Shown here piece by piece: positions 38,433 to 52,010 of a stretch of 64,000 nucleotides of DNA. Position 1 is the first letter of the stretch; each line of letters begins with the position of its first letter. The stretch is from NCBI RefSeq assembly GCF_018977255.1, contig NW_024704743.1:36024001-36088000 (forward strand). The letters run 5' to 3'. Below the pieces are notes generated by a model that was given only the letters and a program-made list of their open reading frames with translations, was not told the DNA's origin and searched no databases. The DNA is from Callorhinchus milii (lineage: Eukaryota). A program made the position numbers and the translations under genes.

Positions 38433-38717
38433 TCTCAGTGTACTGTGCCTTTATGGAACATGTGACAACTACCCCATTGATTCACTGAAATATTAATAAT
38501 CTGTAATTTTGTTGATTTTGTTTGTTGTTTGATTTTATTTAATGTCTAAAAGTCTATGTTTATTTATAATCCTGGACACAGAGTTTATAACTCTTTTGAA
38601 GTGAAATGGACAAATCGCTGATTTATTGAGTGCAAAAAAAACTTAGTTTAAATAACTAGGGTTCTAACCGTCACTTTCTCCCCCCTCCCAAAGTCTACTC
38701 TTAAAAGTAGAGTTTAC

Positions 38718-39135
38718 CAGCCTGGCACAGTTGGTAGCACTTTTGCCCCAACTTGGAAGGTTGTGGGTTCAAACCTGATGAGGGACTTGTTGACATAGTT
38801 GATACTCCGTTACATTGCTGAGGGTGTTTTGCATTGTAGTAGGTGCCATTCTTCACATGAGACTTTTAGGTCCCGTCTGCCTGTTCAGGTGGACGTTAAC
38901 GATCCTGTGGCACAACTAGAAAAGAGAAGGGAGTCTCTCCCGGTGTCATGGTCAACAATCCCACTTCCCAAATTGGTTAGTTGTTTCATGGCTGTTTGTG
39001 GAATATTGTTGTGCGCAATTGTGCTGCGATTTTTGCCTACAAATACACGGTCACTATGCTTCACAGTAAATCCTGTGAAGCGCTTTGGGACATCCTCCCA
39101 ATGTGAAAGTTGGTATACCAAAATGCAAGGATTAA
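38718..39135 (+). mobile_element. DeuSINE inserted in an unclassified repeat
   Basis: Head CAGCCTGGCACAGTTGGTAGCAC, core and tail present. Confidence 0.8.
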
Positions 39136-39320
39136 GAATTATTATAGAGTGCATTAGTGGTAGATCATTACATTTAAAGAAATAAGAAAAACTGATGAAT
39201 AGAAATCTGATATGAAAACTGAAAGGCTTGTAATCCATAGTTAGTCAACCACCATCTGAAGATAAAAGTTGTGATATAGTGTGAACCTGAAATTTTACCC
39301 TATTTCTTTCTTTCACATAC

Positions 39321-39972
39321 TAATGATGATGATAATAATAATCCTTGAATTTGATATAGCACTTTTCATGTCTTCGAGACGTTTCAAAGTGCTTCACAGA
39401 ATAAACTGTAACATGAATTGACTGTATATTTGTGGGCGAAACACGGCAGCCAATTGTGCACATCAGTGTCCCACAAACAGTCATGGATTGAATAGTGATC
39501 AAATTATTATTGGTTTTTTTAAGGATCATTATCCCCAGAAAAGCAATCCGCCAATCAACTAACAACCGGATTCCTACTTATTGCTAGGTAAACAGAGGCA
39601 TGTGGAGGAAGAAAACTTGCTGAACATTTTGCCCTGCCAGGAATAGAACCGAGGTCTCTTGCTTGCGAGGCGAGTGTTTTGTGGAGTCCTATAGCTATAG
39701 TGGCGAAACCTTGGGCAAGTTTCCTTACTCCAAATGCCTGATAATAATCCCTCAAGACAAAAAAAACAATAATATATTGGCCACTTCAATCCATGACTGT
39801 TTGTGGGACACTGCTGTGTGCAATTGGCTGCTGCGTTTCACCCACAAATATACAGTCAATTCATTTTACAATATATTCTGTGAAGAGCTTTGAAACGTCT
39901 AGAAGACATGAAAAGTGCTATATCAAATGCAAGGATTATTATTATTTATTATAACCACTGAGCTACACGACT
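39321..39972. mobile_element. Long tRNA-Ala SINE (-) with a short SINE (+, 39683-39951) inserted in its head
   Basis: The minus-strand head GCGAGTG|..|TAACCACTGAGCTAC is split by the plus-strand copy. Confidence 0.85.
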
Positions 39973-40154
39973 GATGTGGGACCTATCTTGGATTTTCAGC
40001 CTTTCTTTTTTTTATTTAAATCTAAAAGTCCATTTCCTACATTATAAATCAACAAACAATCACAAATTACCATTTCACTTCGGAAAAGAAGTTGAGTTCA
40101 GTGTAATAACAGCTTGGAAATCGGTCCAAATAAAATCCTGAACAAGCACAGAGT

Positions 40155-40445
40155 TATTTCTCTTCTTCCCTTGTCTCCTGAAGACATGTTGGGCTGGGAT
40201 AGAGTCTCAGCACCTCATTGTATGGGAGCAACTGTTAGCAGGCAATTCTAAAGCAGAGGTCACCAACCCACACACAGCTTGATCCTATCTTCACCTGACA
40301 TCTAAACACTTTCCAGCAGAGATCATTGGAAACCTATGGGAACCCTGGCTGATGTTTCCTGCCTCCCAATCCTGGGGCACTAAGTCACTTGTGGTATCCA
40401 TACCACTGACTCAGTTAACCACCTGGATATTCCTGGTTTGTATGA
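40155..40445 (-). mobile_element. AmnSINE2-like relic
   Basis: TTTCCAGCAG..GGGAACCCTGGCTGAT..CCTGGGGCACT is the reverse complement of the recalled AmnSINE2 core. Confidence 0.6.
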
Positions 40446-41194
40446 TAATAATCCTTGCATTTGATATCATGCTGATAATATTGAAACATTTCCAGCCATT
40501 TCATAGGTAATTGCTATTAAGTGTACTGACTGCATTTCTAAGGGGAAATGTGACCGACAATTTACACACAGCGAGGTTGCACAAAAAAACGTGCACTAAA
40601 GGTCAAATTTATCTCAGATAATCTGCTAGGATCAACTACCTGCTGCTCCTTATATACTGTATTTATATACTGTGTTTGATTTATATCTGAGATACTGCCC
40701 TGTGTGAAGGGCACTATATAATTACACGTTGTTATTGAATTGTGTCATGGGATCTTTAATATCCACCAGAAGAACAGGCAGACAAGACCTTGGTTTTTCA
40801 TCTTTTGCAAATGTGAAAGGAAGGCACCTCAAACAATCAGCCCTATGGGATTTGAGTGTCAGCCTATACAATGTGCCAACCTGGTGCTTGAATCCACAAC
40901 CTTCTGACCCAGAAGCTAGAGTGCTGTCAACTGAACCAAGCCAACACCAGCATTTGCCTGTTGAGCCATCAGGGAAATGAGACTATGATCTTTGATTGCA
41001 GGGTAATTTAGGAAGTGGGTATGGGTGAACTCCCAAATTGAATCTTTGTAACTATAAAATTGAAGGGTTTGGAAAAATTCTTGAATTCGTTCTTAATTTA
41101 GAGGTCTGTTTTCCACAGTTTTTTTAAAAAAATCACATGGATCAGGTGTAAATATAAAACATGAATGAAATACATTATATAAAATGTGCTTTCC

Positions 41195-41370
41195 TTTAAA
41201 GATTGGTACATTTACAGAGAAGCTATAATTGGATAGGTACTCAAAAAAGCAAACAGGGCTATGGGATAAGAGCAGGGCAGTTTGACAAGTTGGTAGTTGT
41301 TTCAAAGAGCGAGTGCAGGCACGATGGGCCGAATGGCGTCCTTCTGTGCTGTAAGATTCTATGATTCTAA
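41195..41370 (+). mobile_element. CR1 3' end
   Basis: GGCACGATGGGCCGAATGGCGTCCTTCTGTGCTGTAAGATTCTATGATTCTA. Confidence 0.8.
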
Positions 41371-44119
41371 GCAGAAAATATTTTCCATTGTATTATTTCC
41401 AACTCACGAATTAACTCTGATGGAAAGACATAGCAAACATCATAACAATCTCAAGCATGAGAAAACCATTAGAAGATGAAAATTAGAGTATATCAATAAT
41501 TTAAACAGAATTACAAAATTAATTCCTGCTGATTCCTGGAAAAGTCCAGGAACGTTAGACCCTCCAATTGACAAATAACTTTGTTTAATTTGGTTCTTCT
41601 AAAAACTGATTTTTTAAAAAAAATGTTGATTTTCTTCCCTTTAATATATACCATATATATGGTTTTGAAAATATTGACACAAATTCTCAAACCTGGGGAA
41701 TTATTTTCACAAATGTAATCAATTATTTCTAAGCTTATGCTGCTTGCCAGCATTGACATTTTTAAAGTAAATTTGTGTGTGAAACGCTCTGAGACACTGC
41801 CCCACATGAAGGGCGCTAGATAAATGCAAGTTGTTGTTGTTTGTCCGTATAGTCTTTTGCCAAAGGGCACTGTTCTCAAAGTACTTTATTAAAATATCTG
41901 GAATCCAGGGTGCTGAATTCTGGAGTTAGCAAAAACCCTAGCGTAAATCTTTATGTATCAGCAGAAGGTTCTTGCGTCTGATTTTTGAGATTCTTATATA
42001 TGTTATGAAGTTCCATGATGCTAGATGCACCTCAAGAAGTCACTAAGATAAATAAATGGACCTTATGGTCTCAAATACGAAATGGTTTAAGTATCAAATA
42101 TGAATTGCCTGAATGTGTGGGAGGTAGCCAGGATGTGCATTCAACTTTCTGATCACGGAATTTTATTGCTGGCTAGCGGGATATTTTGTTTGGAAAGAAA
42201 AATGACATTTCTGAGCCGTTGAATGCTGTGATGCAAGAACTGGAAGTCACATTCACTGCCCGGTTTCAGTGGAGGCTGGCATTGAAAATGGTTCCAGGGT
42301 CCACTTCCTGCATATTGTATCTGAGTAATTCAGATTCCGTTTAAAAGGAATTTCCAAATTTAGACCAAAAGTTGGATCCCCAGTGTATTCATTCCTGTTA
42401 TCTTGATATTGCTTGGTTCTAATCTACTGAGTTAAAATTGAACATCAATCATTTATTACTATGGTTACACGTTTCATATTGTGAGCCATGTCCTTCATCC
42501 AATGTTATGGAATATTGAATAATTAATACATGTCAGCATTGGCTGTGCTAATGTGCAAACCATAAATTGGATTTTAATATATAGTGATTAGTTTATAACA
42601 TTTTGGGGGAAAAAAGATTTAATGTGAAAAATAAAATCCAGTAACATTTCAGTGTACTATTTGTGTAAAGTAGGGCTGAAGATTATCTATTTTTGTGCTC
42701 GCCATTTGGACAGCTGACCCATATTTCTTAGTTACCCAAAGGCTGACTTTAGTGTCTATCCATGGTTGAAATATTCTTTGAAAGAGCAAATTGTTAGGAT
42801 GGTCAGTCAATAGTCGCCTGCATAATCTTCTTAATGTGGCCTTTTTTAACCAAATACTTTGATCTATGTTAGATATAAAAGCTGTTTTGGTCATTTGCAA
42901 CAATTTATTATAGGTCAATTATCATTTCATTGTTGCTGTTAACCTCCCACCAATGGGTTTTTATGCAATATTATTATTATATTATTTTCTTTAATGGATA
43001 CACAAAGCATTGTTCACAAATTTCTGATAGCATCTGAATATGCTGTGAGCAAAAGTATTTCTGATGTGAATTAATTCCAAATGGCTCTAATTAATCCAGA
43101 AGTTTGACAGTTTACTTGAATCCAGCAGTGAAGCATAAATTGAACTAATGGCCTTAAAAACTTGTGCTGTAGTTAATCAAATTTAGTTGTTCAGTATGTA
43201 AGATACAGTTAATTGGATTCAGAAATTTGGAATCAGAGTGTTCATCAGTACTCTTAACAGAGCCAAATATTCATACTAATTGGGGTTGGCTCCTTAACAG
43301 ATATGAAAACCATGAGGTCTCTGTGTGTTTCTTGTGTGTGTCTCCCTTGATCTATCTCTGCTTGTTTTCGTGTGTGTCTCTGTGTCCCTCTCTCTGCCTT
43401 TCTAAATCTGTGTGTTGTATCTCTGTCTCCCTAACTGTGTGTCTGTGTCTCCCTCTAATTTGTTTTATTAGTGTGTGTATCTTTCCCCAACTCGTGATGT
43501 ATGTGTGCTTTTCTTTTTCTGCTTCTCTAATTTGTGTGATGTGTGTGTTTGTGTATCTCTATCTAACCTCGTGCTTAGCTTAATCAAATCTCTCCACCTC
43601 TCGCTGTTTGAGTGAAATGGTGTATCTTATAACATTGTGAATGTGTATATATAAATATGTGTGTGTGTGTATATATATATATATATACACACACACAGAT
43701 GTGGACATCGGGGAGAGGGGATTAGGAGGAGTAGAGGCTCATGGGGAAATATAAATCCAGCTGAGTTGGTCTGAATGGCTTGGTTTTGTGCCTCAAAGTC
43801 TATATATAATTTTGTATAAATTGCATTATGCAAAAGTTTCTCCGGTTTCACAGCCCAACTCCATTTGTTGGATTTCTCCATTTGAGCACAAATGGGTCGT
43901 ATGGGGGCAAGTAGTTATCCAGCGTGTAAATAAGTGATAATCTATTGTATACAGTTTCCATTTTCTTCACTGGTTCTTCTTTCCTAAACAGTTTGATTCT
44001 TCTAAAAATTACAATCCAAGTGTATGGATGAATAATAAATAATACTTTTTGAAATAACTTCTTTATCATTTTGAAACCTCAAAGTTCTTAAGATAAAGCA
44101 TTATTTTGAATTGACAGCA

Positions 44120-44770
44120 GCAGCTAATCTACAGTCGCAGCATTCCACAAATGGCAACAGGATAGATGAATGACCAAATTTAGTCCATTTCTTTGGCAAA
44201 CATGGATTAGGGATGAATATTGGCCCGGGACACTGGAAGAAATCCCTGTTCTTTTTGTAGGAGTCTCAGAGGATCTTTAATCCCATTTTGAACCATCAGA
44301 AAAGGCAGGATCTTGGTTTAGTGTCTAATTAATAATAATCCTTGCATTTGATATGGTGCCTTACCGTATCTTCACGATTTCTCTGAATTTACTGTATATT
44401 TTGTGGGCAAAACGCAGCAGCTAATTGCACACAGCAGTGTCCCACAAACAGACATGGATTGAGGGAGCACATTTTTTTTAAGGGTTTATTATCCCAGGAA
44501 AAGGAACCCGCCAATCGACTAATAACCGGGTTCCTACTTACTGCTAGGTGAACAGAGGCGTGCGGAGTAAGGAAACTTGCCCAACGTTTCGCCCTACCCT
44601 GGAATTAAACTGAGGTTATCGAGCTTGCGAGGCGAATACTCTGACCACTAAGCTAGAGGATTTGAAGGAAAGTAGCTCTAAAATGTTCTAACAAACTCAT
44701 TCAGCACTGTGAGATTCAGGTGTGGAATTTGAATCCATAATTTTCTAAATCAAAGGTGATAGCACAAGAA
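44120..44770 (-). mobile_element. DeuSINE interrupted by a long tRNA-Ala SINE (~44330-44662)
   Basis: Both on the minus strand; the DeuSINE core resumes after the SINE head. Confidence 0.75.
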
Positions 44771-47544
44771 CAACAACAAAAAAACTGCATTTATATGGGA
44801 GGACTACTTTCTGGGTAAAACAGATGTAGAGTGCATTATTTTGCAGTCAAGTTAGTATTGCATGAAAGGTATTATTGTGTTTAGAAAAAGTCTTAAGTAT
44901 ATGAACACATCATGTGTTTCAGCAGGTTAGGTGGAGGTTTAGAGAGGGACAGAAATTGCATAGCAACCCCACTGCAGGTCTAAAAGTTTCTTGTTGGGTT
45001 CAGGAAGAAAAGAGTGCAATGATGATGCAAGAGGAATCAATACTGCAAAGTGGAAAGGTATTTGAGATTTTCTTTGGAAAAAGGTGGGCCCTGGATGAAT
45101 GAGAAGGTTGGGAGAAAGAAATAGGAAGTCGTGTGATTGTAAAATCACAGAATCTGTACAGCATTGAACGGAAGCCATACGGCCCGTTGTATCTGTGCTG
45201 CTGCTGCAATCAGGTAGTGAGGGCAATCAATCTGTTTGTTCCATATGGAAATTGGTAGTTGACAAGTGTACTTAGCACAAGGTAATGTAATTCAGTATTC
45301 AGAAAAAAATGTGTAGATGGATGAAACAAACACACACTGAAGTATTCCCTTGCATCTTGTACTACAAATCACCATGGTTTTAACTCTAGCAGTGAGTATT
45401 TTTTTTAAAAAATGGACTGATGTAAAGAACGTAAAAGAGTGTATTTTCTATTCATAAAAACCCAGGGTTGGACTCTTACCTCCTATTGTTATTATATTGT
45501 TATACCTCGTTTCCAAAGCAAAGTGGGGACTGGAGGACTGATGATAATGGAACTGGTGATCTGTTTAACACATAAGGATTAGCATTAAACAAATCACAAC
45601 CTTTTAGTTTATTAAAAATTGGCCACAAGACTTACTACCAGTTTAGATATTGGTGGATTCACATAAAAAGCATCAAATTAACCTGGCCAGCCTGGCTCCT
45701 CTCCTCCTGCCTGGCTAACATTCAGGATTTTCATGGAATGCATTTTGCTTGTCATTCAAAATGGAACTGAAATAAATTGTTCAGAATGTAACCATACAGC
45801 TCTACTCCCATCGATGGCCAAGTTTATTCAGAAGATACAAGGGGCCTCCATCTCATTTGTTGAATCAGTATCTGCGGTTGTGGTGGCCACCAGTGTTTAT
45901 ACATGAACACGTGTATATACAACTAGGGCTTGGAATCCACCTTGATTGAAATACAGAGAAGTAAACAGTTGCTTCTTAAGCTTGGACACAAAGAGCTCTG
46001 AGATGCTGCCCCGTGTGAAGGGCGCTATATAAATGCAAGTTGTTGTTGTTCCTGTAGGATCACGCAGATCATTCTTGTCTCTCTTCAAGGACACAAGATT
46101 CCAGTGCAGATTAAGTTTGTGGTGTGTAAAATGTGTGTCCAAACCATTCTCCTTCATGTTTCGAGCTCCTGGGCACTGGAGGGGTTTCCTTCGGTCCATT
46201 TGTAAAGTTCAGGACCAAGTAGTGAGCGGGATCTTTTGTAAACAGAAAAAGTACTTGGAGGGAGAGCTCTGGCATACATTATATTAAATACAAGGATTAA
46301 TATTATTACTACATTGATCTGTGCCAGAACCCCCTGGAAGCTGAGTCGTCTTCACATCTATTTACCAAAGTTCTTCACATGTGGACCTGGATTAAGTCAC
46401 TGGTGCTGAGTAAGACTGGTACACAACATTGAACTTGGACATCAAGGTGGCTGGCATGTCACAGGCTGTCCTGTCTTCCTGCCACACTGAAAGCAGATGT
46501 CTGTCAAATAGCTGATGAGTCCACTCAGGCATGGGGCTGCTGGAAGACTAAGCTCCTGGTAGGCGTTATCTTGAGTTTCTGAACAGACGTTCATACATCC
46601 AGGGCTTGGAATCCACCTTGATTGATATGCAGAGCGATAAGCAGCTGCTGCTTAAGCTTTGCACATCCCACTGGAACTATCACTCAATGGGAAAGGATGT
46701 GTGTCCATGCTGTGAGTTTCTGTTATCTGCCATCCATCGAATGAGGGCTCAAACCTATGCCTGTCAGATGTCAAATGAACAATTAATCAGGGAGGGGAGA
46801 GATAGGCAGTATCTCCTGCATACCTTTTTATTCTCCCTCACCTTTGCATTGAGTTTTGTCTTAATTATACTGATGCTTTCTGTTTTAACAACAGTTTCTG
46901 GTGGTGAGTTCCACATTCTTACCATCCTCTGTGTATAGAAGTTCCTCTTAAATTTTTGTTTATACCTTCCATTGTGTATTTTATATTTGTGGCCCCTTGA
47001 TAAACATTCATCTTGTTATGGACGCATGAATATGTGAACATCTGTGCTGTATTACTGAATTCCAACAGGGAAATAGCAATTTTTGTTGTGCTTAAAGTAT
47101 GTGTGTGCATGTATTTGTGTGTGCATGTTACCTGTGGGTGCTGTCAAAGTACAAATGGATGTGCTGATGTTTCAAATGCCATATTGATTTGTATCCGTCT
47201 AAACCATACTTTGAAAATAAATGTTTATTTTCAGTGATCTTGCTTGAAGAACTTGGAGAAAATTGATTTAGACATGCTTGGTTCTGTTATTTCCTAAGAT
47301 ACAGGTGCAAAAAATGTTCACCAAACTTTAGATGAATTCAGGTTATTTGGTAAGTGATGTAAAGTACAAAAAGTGCTTTATAATCTTAGATCAGGTACTT
47401 AAACTCAATTTGTGCAAAGGCTCGTTCTGAAAACAATCTGGCTGCGACTTCATTTCTTTACCCATTTTTGTCTATAATCACATAATTGGTTCACAGTAGC
47501 CTGGAAATCACTTATTACTTTGAAAAGGGGGGAAATGAAGTTGA

Positions 47545-48075
47545 GATGGAGTTCCAGAGTGTGGGGCAGAGAGGCTGAAAGCCCGTCCACCGATGGTAGG
47601 GCAGGTCGGGCGGGAGACAAGGAGCAGGTCGGAGCCCGATGAATGGAGGGAGGTTGGTAGGGAGTCAGCAGGTCAGAGAGGTAGGAGGAGGCAAGGCCAT
47701 GGATGACCTTAAAGGTGAGGATGAGGATCTTGAACTCGATCCTCTGGGGGATGGGGAGCCAGTGGAGTCGGGTGAGGGTAGGAGTGATGGGATCGTGGAG
47801 CCTGGTGCGTGAGAGTACACAAGCTGCAGAGTTTTGGATGATCTGCAGCTTGTGAAGGGAAGAGTTGAGAAGGCCGATGAGGAGGGAGTTCCCATAATCG
47901 AGCCTTGATGTGACGAATGTGTGGGTGAGGGTTTTGGCAGCCTGAGGGGTGAGGCAGTGGCGGAGTCTGGCAATGTTGTGGAGGTGGTGGTAGGCAGTGC
48001 CGGTCATGGCGCGGATGTGGGGGAGAAAGGACAGTTCAGGGTCAAACAAGGCACCCAGGTTCCTGACTGAAACTG
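47545..48075 (-). mobile_element. L2 ORF2 C-terminal fragment
   Basis: ORF 47450-48094 [51 protein letters not shown]. Confidence 0.93.
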
Positions 48076-49577
48076 GACTTTGCCAAATTTTCACTTGAAT
48101 CTAGATTGGGACAAATGCTATTTGGACTGCATGGTCCACTTCACATAATCCCAATTTGTTGGACTAATTGATTTTAGGAATAACTATGTTGGTAATGTTT
48201 TCTTATCTCCAATTTTAATCCTCAAATCTCTATTGTTTTCCCCTTCCAATTATGCAGTATATTTCTTTAGCCTGTTCAAGATCAAGGCTCTCCATTCTTA
48301 CATGTTACGGATATATTGGGTTCTTTTTCACAAAATGAAAATTAATCTGCAGTTTTAGTTCTGACCTACTATACATAATACAGTAGTTTGTATTAACCAT
48401 TCTCTGTTGGAATGAACCATACACAGTCACTGCACTTTGCAGAAACTTTGAAAGTACTTTGAGACATTCCTAATATTATAGGCACTATACCAAATTAATA
48501 GTGGTAGAGTGGATTATTATTGTAATAAATTAGATTGCATGTATGTTTAGGGGGAAGGGTGTGTGTGGATGTATTTTTGCATCAATCACTAACAGGGATC
48601 TTTTATTATGGGTTTATTTCCTCTTTTTAATCGTGCAACAAAAAGATCACTAGCATAAATGATTGGTGTATGATGGACCCAGGTATTATGTGTTAACTGG
48701 GTTTTCCTATCTTGTGTGTGCCTTGCTTGTTTATTTTTCGCAATAGAATTTAGTCTGTATTTTCCTTGGCTTGTTTGAATGGCAAGGGTACTGTAAGAAC
48801 TTTTTAAGCATTTCTGATTATTTTCCATACCACTAGCTTGGAGAGACAAACTTTTACTGCCTGCAACTTAATTTAGTGATTAGAGTAAGATAATAGTAGG
48901 TTTCCAGTTAGCTCTAATTCTGAGTCTCGGTTGAGGGAAACTCTATGGTTTCAAGAAGGGAGTGGACTAATTAACAAGAGGGAAGGAAGTGATACTGTAT
49001 TACTAATCTGTTTGTTTAGAGTTACTGGCAAGAGTGATAAGGGTAGATAGTAGCCAACCATAACCCATTAGACAAATATTTCTAAAGTCTACTATGGCCT
49101 GAAATCAGAAAGACGCGATGTAAGTGCACATTGTTATTGTTGAAGATTGTGGCAGACATGTTTTACTTTTTAAAAACATTTTACAGCCAGAATTTCTGCC
49201 TATTCTTTCTGTTTATCTCATACGGGATACAAAATATAAAAAGTATTCACCAGTTTTCTATATGCTTTGTGTTCCAGATACAGTACAAAATAGGCATTAC
49301 TTACATTTGGTTCTTCTCTTCATATTATTATTTGTCTCTGTCTTATTTTTATGATAATAATAAAAAAAATCCCGACTTTACATTAACTGGAATTGTAAGA
49401 AATCTTAGTGTAGTAATAATAATAATCCTTGCATTTGATATAACATCTTATCACATCTTCAGGACGTCTCAAAGCGCCTCACAGAATGTACTGTAAAGTG
49501 AATTGACTGTATATTTTGTAGGCGAAACACAACAGCCAATTACGCTCATAATCCATCTAATGCATTATATATTACAT

Positions 49578-49815
49578 TATAGGAACAGGAGTAGGCCATT
49601 CAGCCCCTTGAGCCTGTTCAGGCATTCTATCAGATCATGGCTGATCTGTACCTCAACTTCAATTACTGGCCTTTGCCCCATATTATCTTGAACCTTGAAA
49701 AGCCTTTTAGGGGAGAAAGTTCCAGATTTCCACTACCCTTTGCGTGAAAAAATACCTCCTGATTTCACTCCTAAATAGTCCAGCTCTAATTTTAAGACGA
49801 TGCCCCCTATTTCTA
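49578..49815 (-). mobile_element. CR1 3' fragment
   Basis: GGAGTAGGCCATTCAGCCCCTTGAGCCTG tail and TTCCAGATTTCCACTACCCTTTGCGTGAAAAA. Confidence 0.8.
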
Positions 49816-49844
49816 GCGATCTGGGACGCTATTACCCATGAAAG

Positions 49845-50920
49845 GCAGTTTCTCTTCCAGCCCCAGCGCAGTCTCATGCAGTGTTCCTCAGGGCTCTCTC
49901 CTCAGTTCCCTTCTCTTCAACTTCTACATGTTTCCCCTTTGGTGACATCATCTGCAGACATGGGGTCAACTTCCACATGTACACGGATACCACCCAACTC
50001 TCTGCCTCCACCCTCGATTCCAGGACAACTGACGTCCTGACAGACTGTCTGTCAGACATCAAGTCCTGGATGAGAGCTAACTCTATACAGCTGAATGTCA
50101 GCAAGGCCCTCCTGGTTGACTCGCGCCTCTGCATCTCAGGCCCTGGCAGCTTCAGCATCCACGGATGCACACTCCATCTGACCAAGTCAGTCAGGAACCT
50201 AGGCATCTTATTCAACCTTCAACTGTCCTTTCTCCCCCATATCCGTGCCATGACCCGCTCTGCTTTCCCCCACCTCCTCAACATTGCCCGATTCCACCAC
50301 TGCCTCAACCCTCAGGCAGCCGAAACCCTTGAACGCGCATTCGTCACCTCAAGGCTCGACTATGGAAACTCCCTCCTTGTTGGCCTCCCCAACTCTTCCC
50401 TCCACCAGCTGCAGGTCATCCAGAACTCTACAGCTTGTGTCCTCTCCCGCACCAGGCTCTTTGACCCCATCACCCCCACCCTCGCCCGGCTCCACTGGCT
50501 CTCCATTCTTCAGAGGATAGAATTCAAAATCTTCATCCTCACTTTCAAGGCCCTCCACGGCTTTACCCCCTTCTACATCTCTGTTGACCCCCTATTAACC
50601 TGTCCACTCCCTCCACTCAGCAGGCTCCGGCCTGCTCCATGTTTCCCGCCCGACCCGTCCTACCATCAGCGGCCAGGCTTTCAGCCTCTCTGCCCCTACC
50701 CTTTGGAACTCCATCCCACAATCCTTTCGCTTTGCTCCCTCCTTCAAGGCACGACTCAAGTCCCTCCTTTTTGACCATGCCTTCAGCCGCCCTCCTACCT
50801 CTCTGCCCTCCCTCATCCCAACCCTGTACCCTCCACGCTCGGGTCCTGATCCCTGACTGTTCAGCGCCTTCGGACATCCTCCTGACGTGAAAGGCCCTTT
50901 ACAAATGTCATTTTGTTGCT
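49845..50920 (+). mobile_element. Longest L2 copy (RT C-terminal half to 3' tail), inactive
   Basis: GTTCCTCAGGGCTC (PQGS motif); ORF 49881-50774 with YTDT replacing YADD, SRLDYGNSLLVGLP and LHWL..RIEFKI; tail present. Confidence 0.93.
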
Positions 50921-51830
50921 GTCTGTTGTATGTCCTAAACATAAAGTATTTGTGAGTTTTCTCATTGATGTCCCCACTTCTAATTTTGTTTTGTGAGAAT
51001 CACTTTTTTCCTTTCACTTTACCGATGCAAATATATACAAGTCGTATCCTTGTTATCTTGTTATTAATAATGGAGTCTACTTTACAGTATTGCTCAATGG
51101 AATTCCTCAATAGGATAAGTGAGTCACACAAACAGTGTCTCCTTTCAGAAACCAGATGTGTGTTTCGCTGGCCCACATGAATGCTGCTCTGGTGTCATCT
51201 ACTCCTTAAGCAGAATTCAATTCCCGTGGGTCAACAGGAATCTAATTCACAAATACTGCAAGTTAAACTCCATTGTTAGCTTCAATATCTCTGCAGAGTA
51301 TAAAAGCACACTGGATGAAATGAGTTAGTACTCCCAAGGAGATATACCTATTCATCTTTTTTTAGTGCGCCCTTGACAGTGGAGTAAGTAAATAGTATTC
51401 TTTGTAGTTATGTGGGAAAAAAAGTGATAGTTGTGAAAGGCCAGTTTCATTTATGAAGACTAAAGGTACTTTGCCAATTCGCAACTCATATGCCAAGTTT
51501 CTTGACACCTTTAGAAATATTTTACTAAGCAATCCTCTGTGACTCCATTTTTCTTCTCACAGATTTTTGGATCCTCTGCAAATTGAGATTTTCTCATTGT
51601 TAAGGTCATGTTGCAGATGAAGAAAAACAGTAATCCCTGTGGAATTACATGGCCACCATTCTTCACTTGTAAAATATCACTGTTTCCAAGCACATTTAGA
51701 ATTCTCTACAAATTGCACAAGCTTCTCTAAATGTCTCCTCAAGAATTTTTACAAAGGCGTTTTGAAAGGTCAAATAGGACATTGACTATGCTACCTTTTG
51801 TATGCTATTGTCAGGGCATCACAAGATCAT

Positions 51831-52010
51831 AACAACAACAACAACAACAAGATTCCATTTATAAAGCGCCTTTCACGTCAGGAGGACGTCCCAAGGCGCT
51901 GCACAGTTGGGTCATGACCCGAGCAGGGGGGGAATGGTCAGGGGAAGGGAGGGAGCGAGGAGGGGGAAGAGAGTCGAGAGGGGAGCTGAAGGCTCGGTCA
52001 AAGAGAAGAA
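51831..52010 (-). mobile_element. L2 3' end, same subfamily as ~11790-11975
   Basis: Close reverse complement of ~11790-11975; (CAA)n tail. Confidence 0.9.

Noticed and set aside
43660..43697. Perfect 38-bp palindrome (TG)n(TA)n(CA)n
   Set aside because: Common compound microsatellite; the symmetry is trivial.
49881..50774. 297-aa reverse-transcriptase-like ORF as a functional or domesticated gene
   Set aside because: 5'-truncated L2 with the catalytic YADD changed to YTDT and frameshifted ends.
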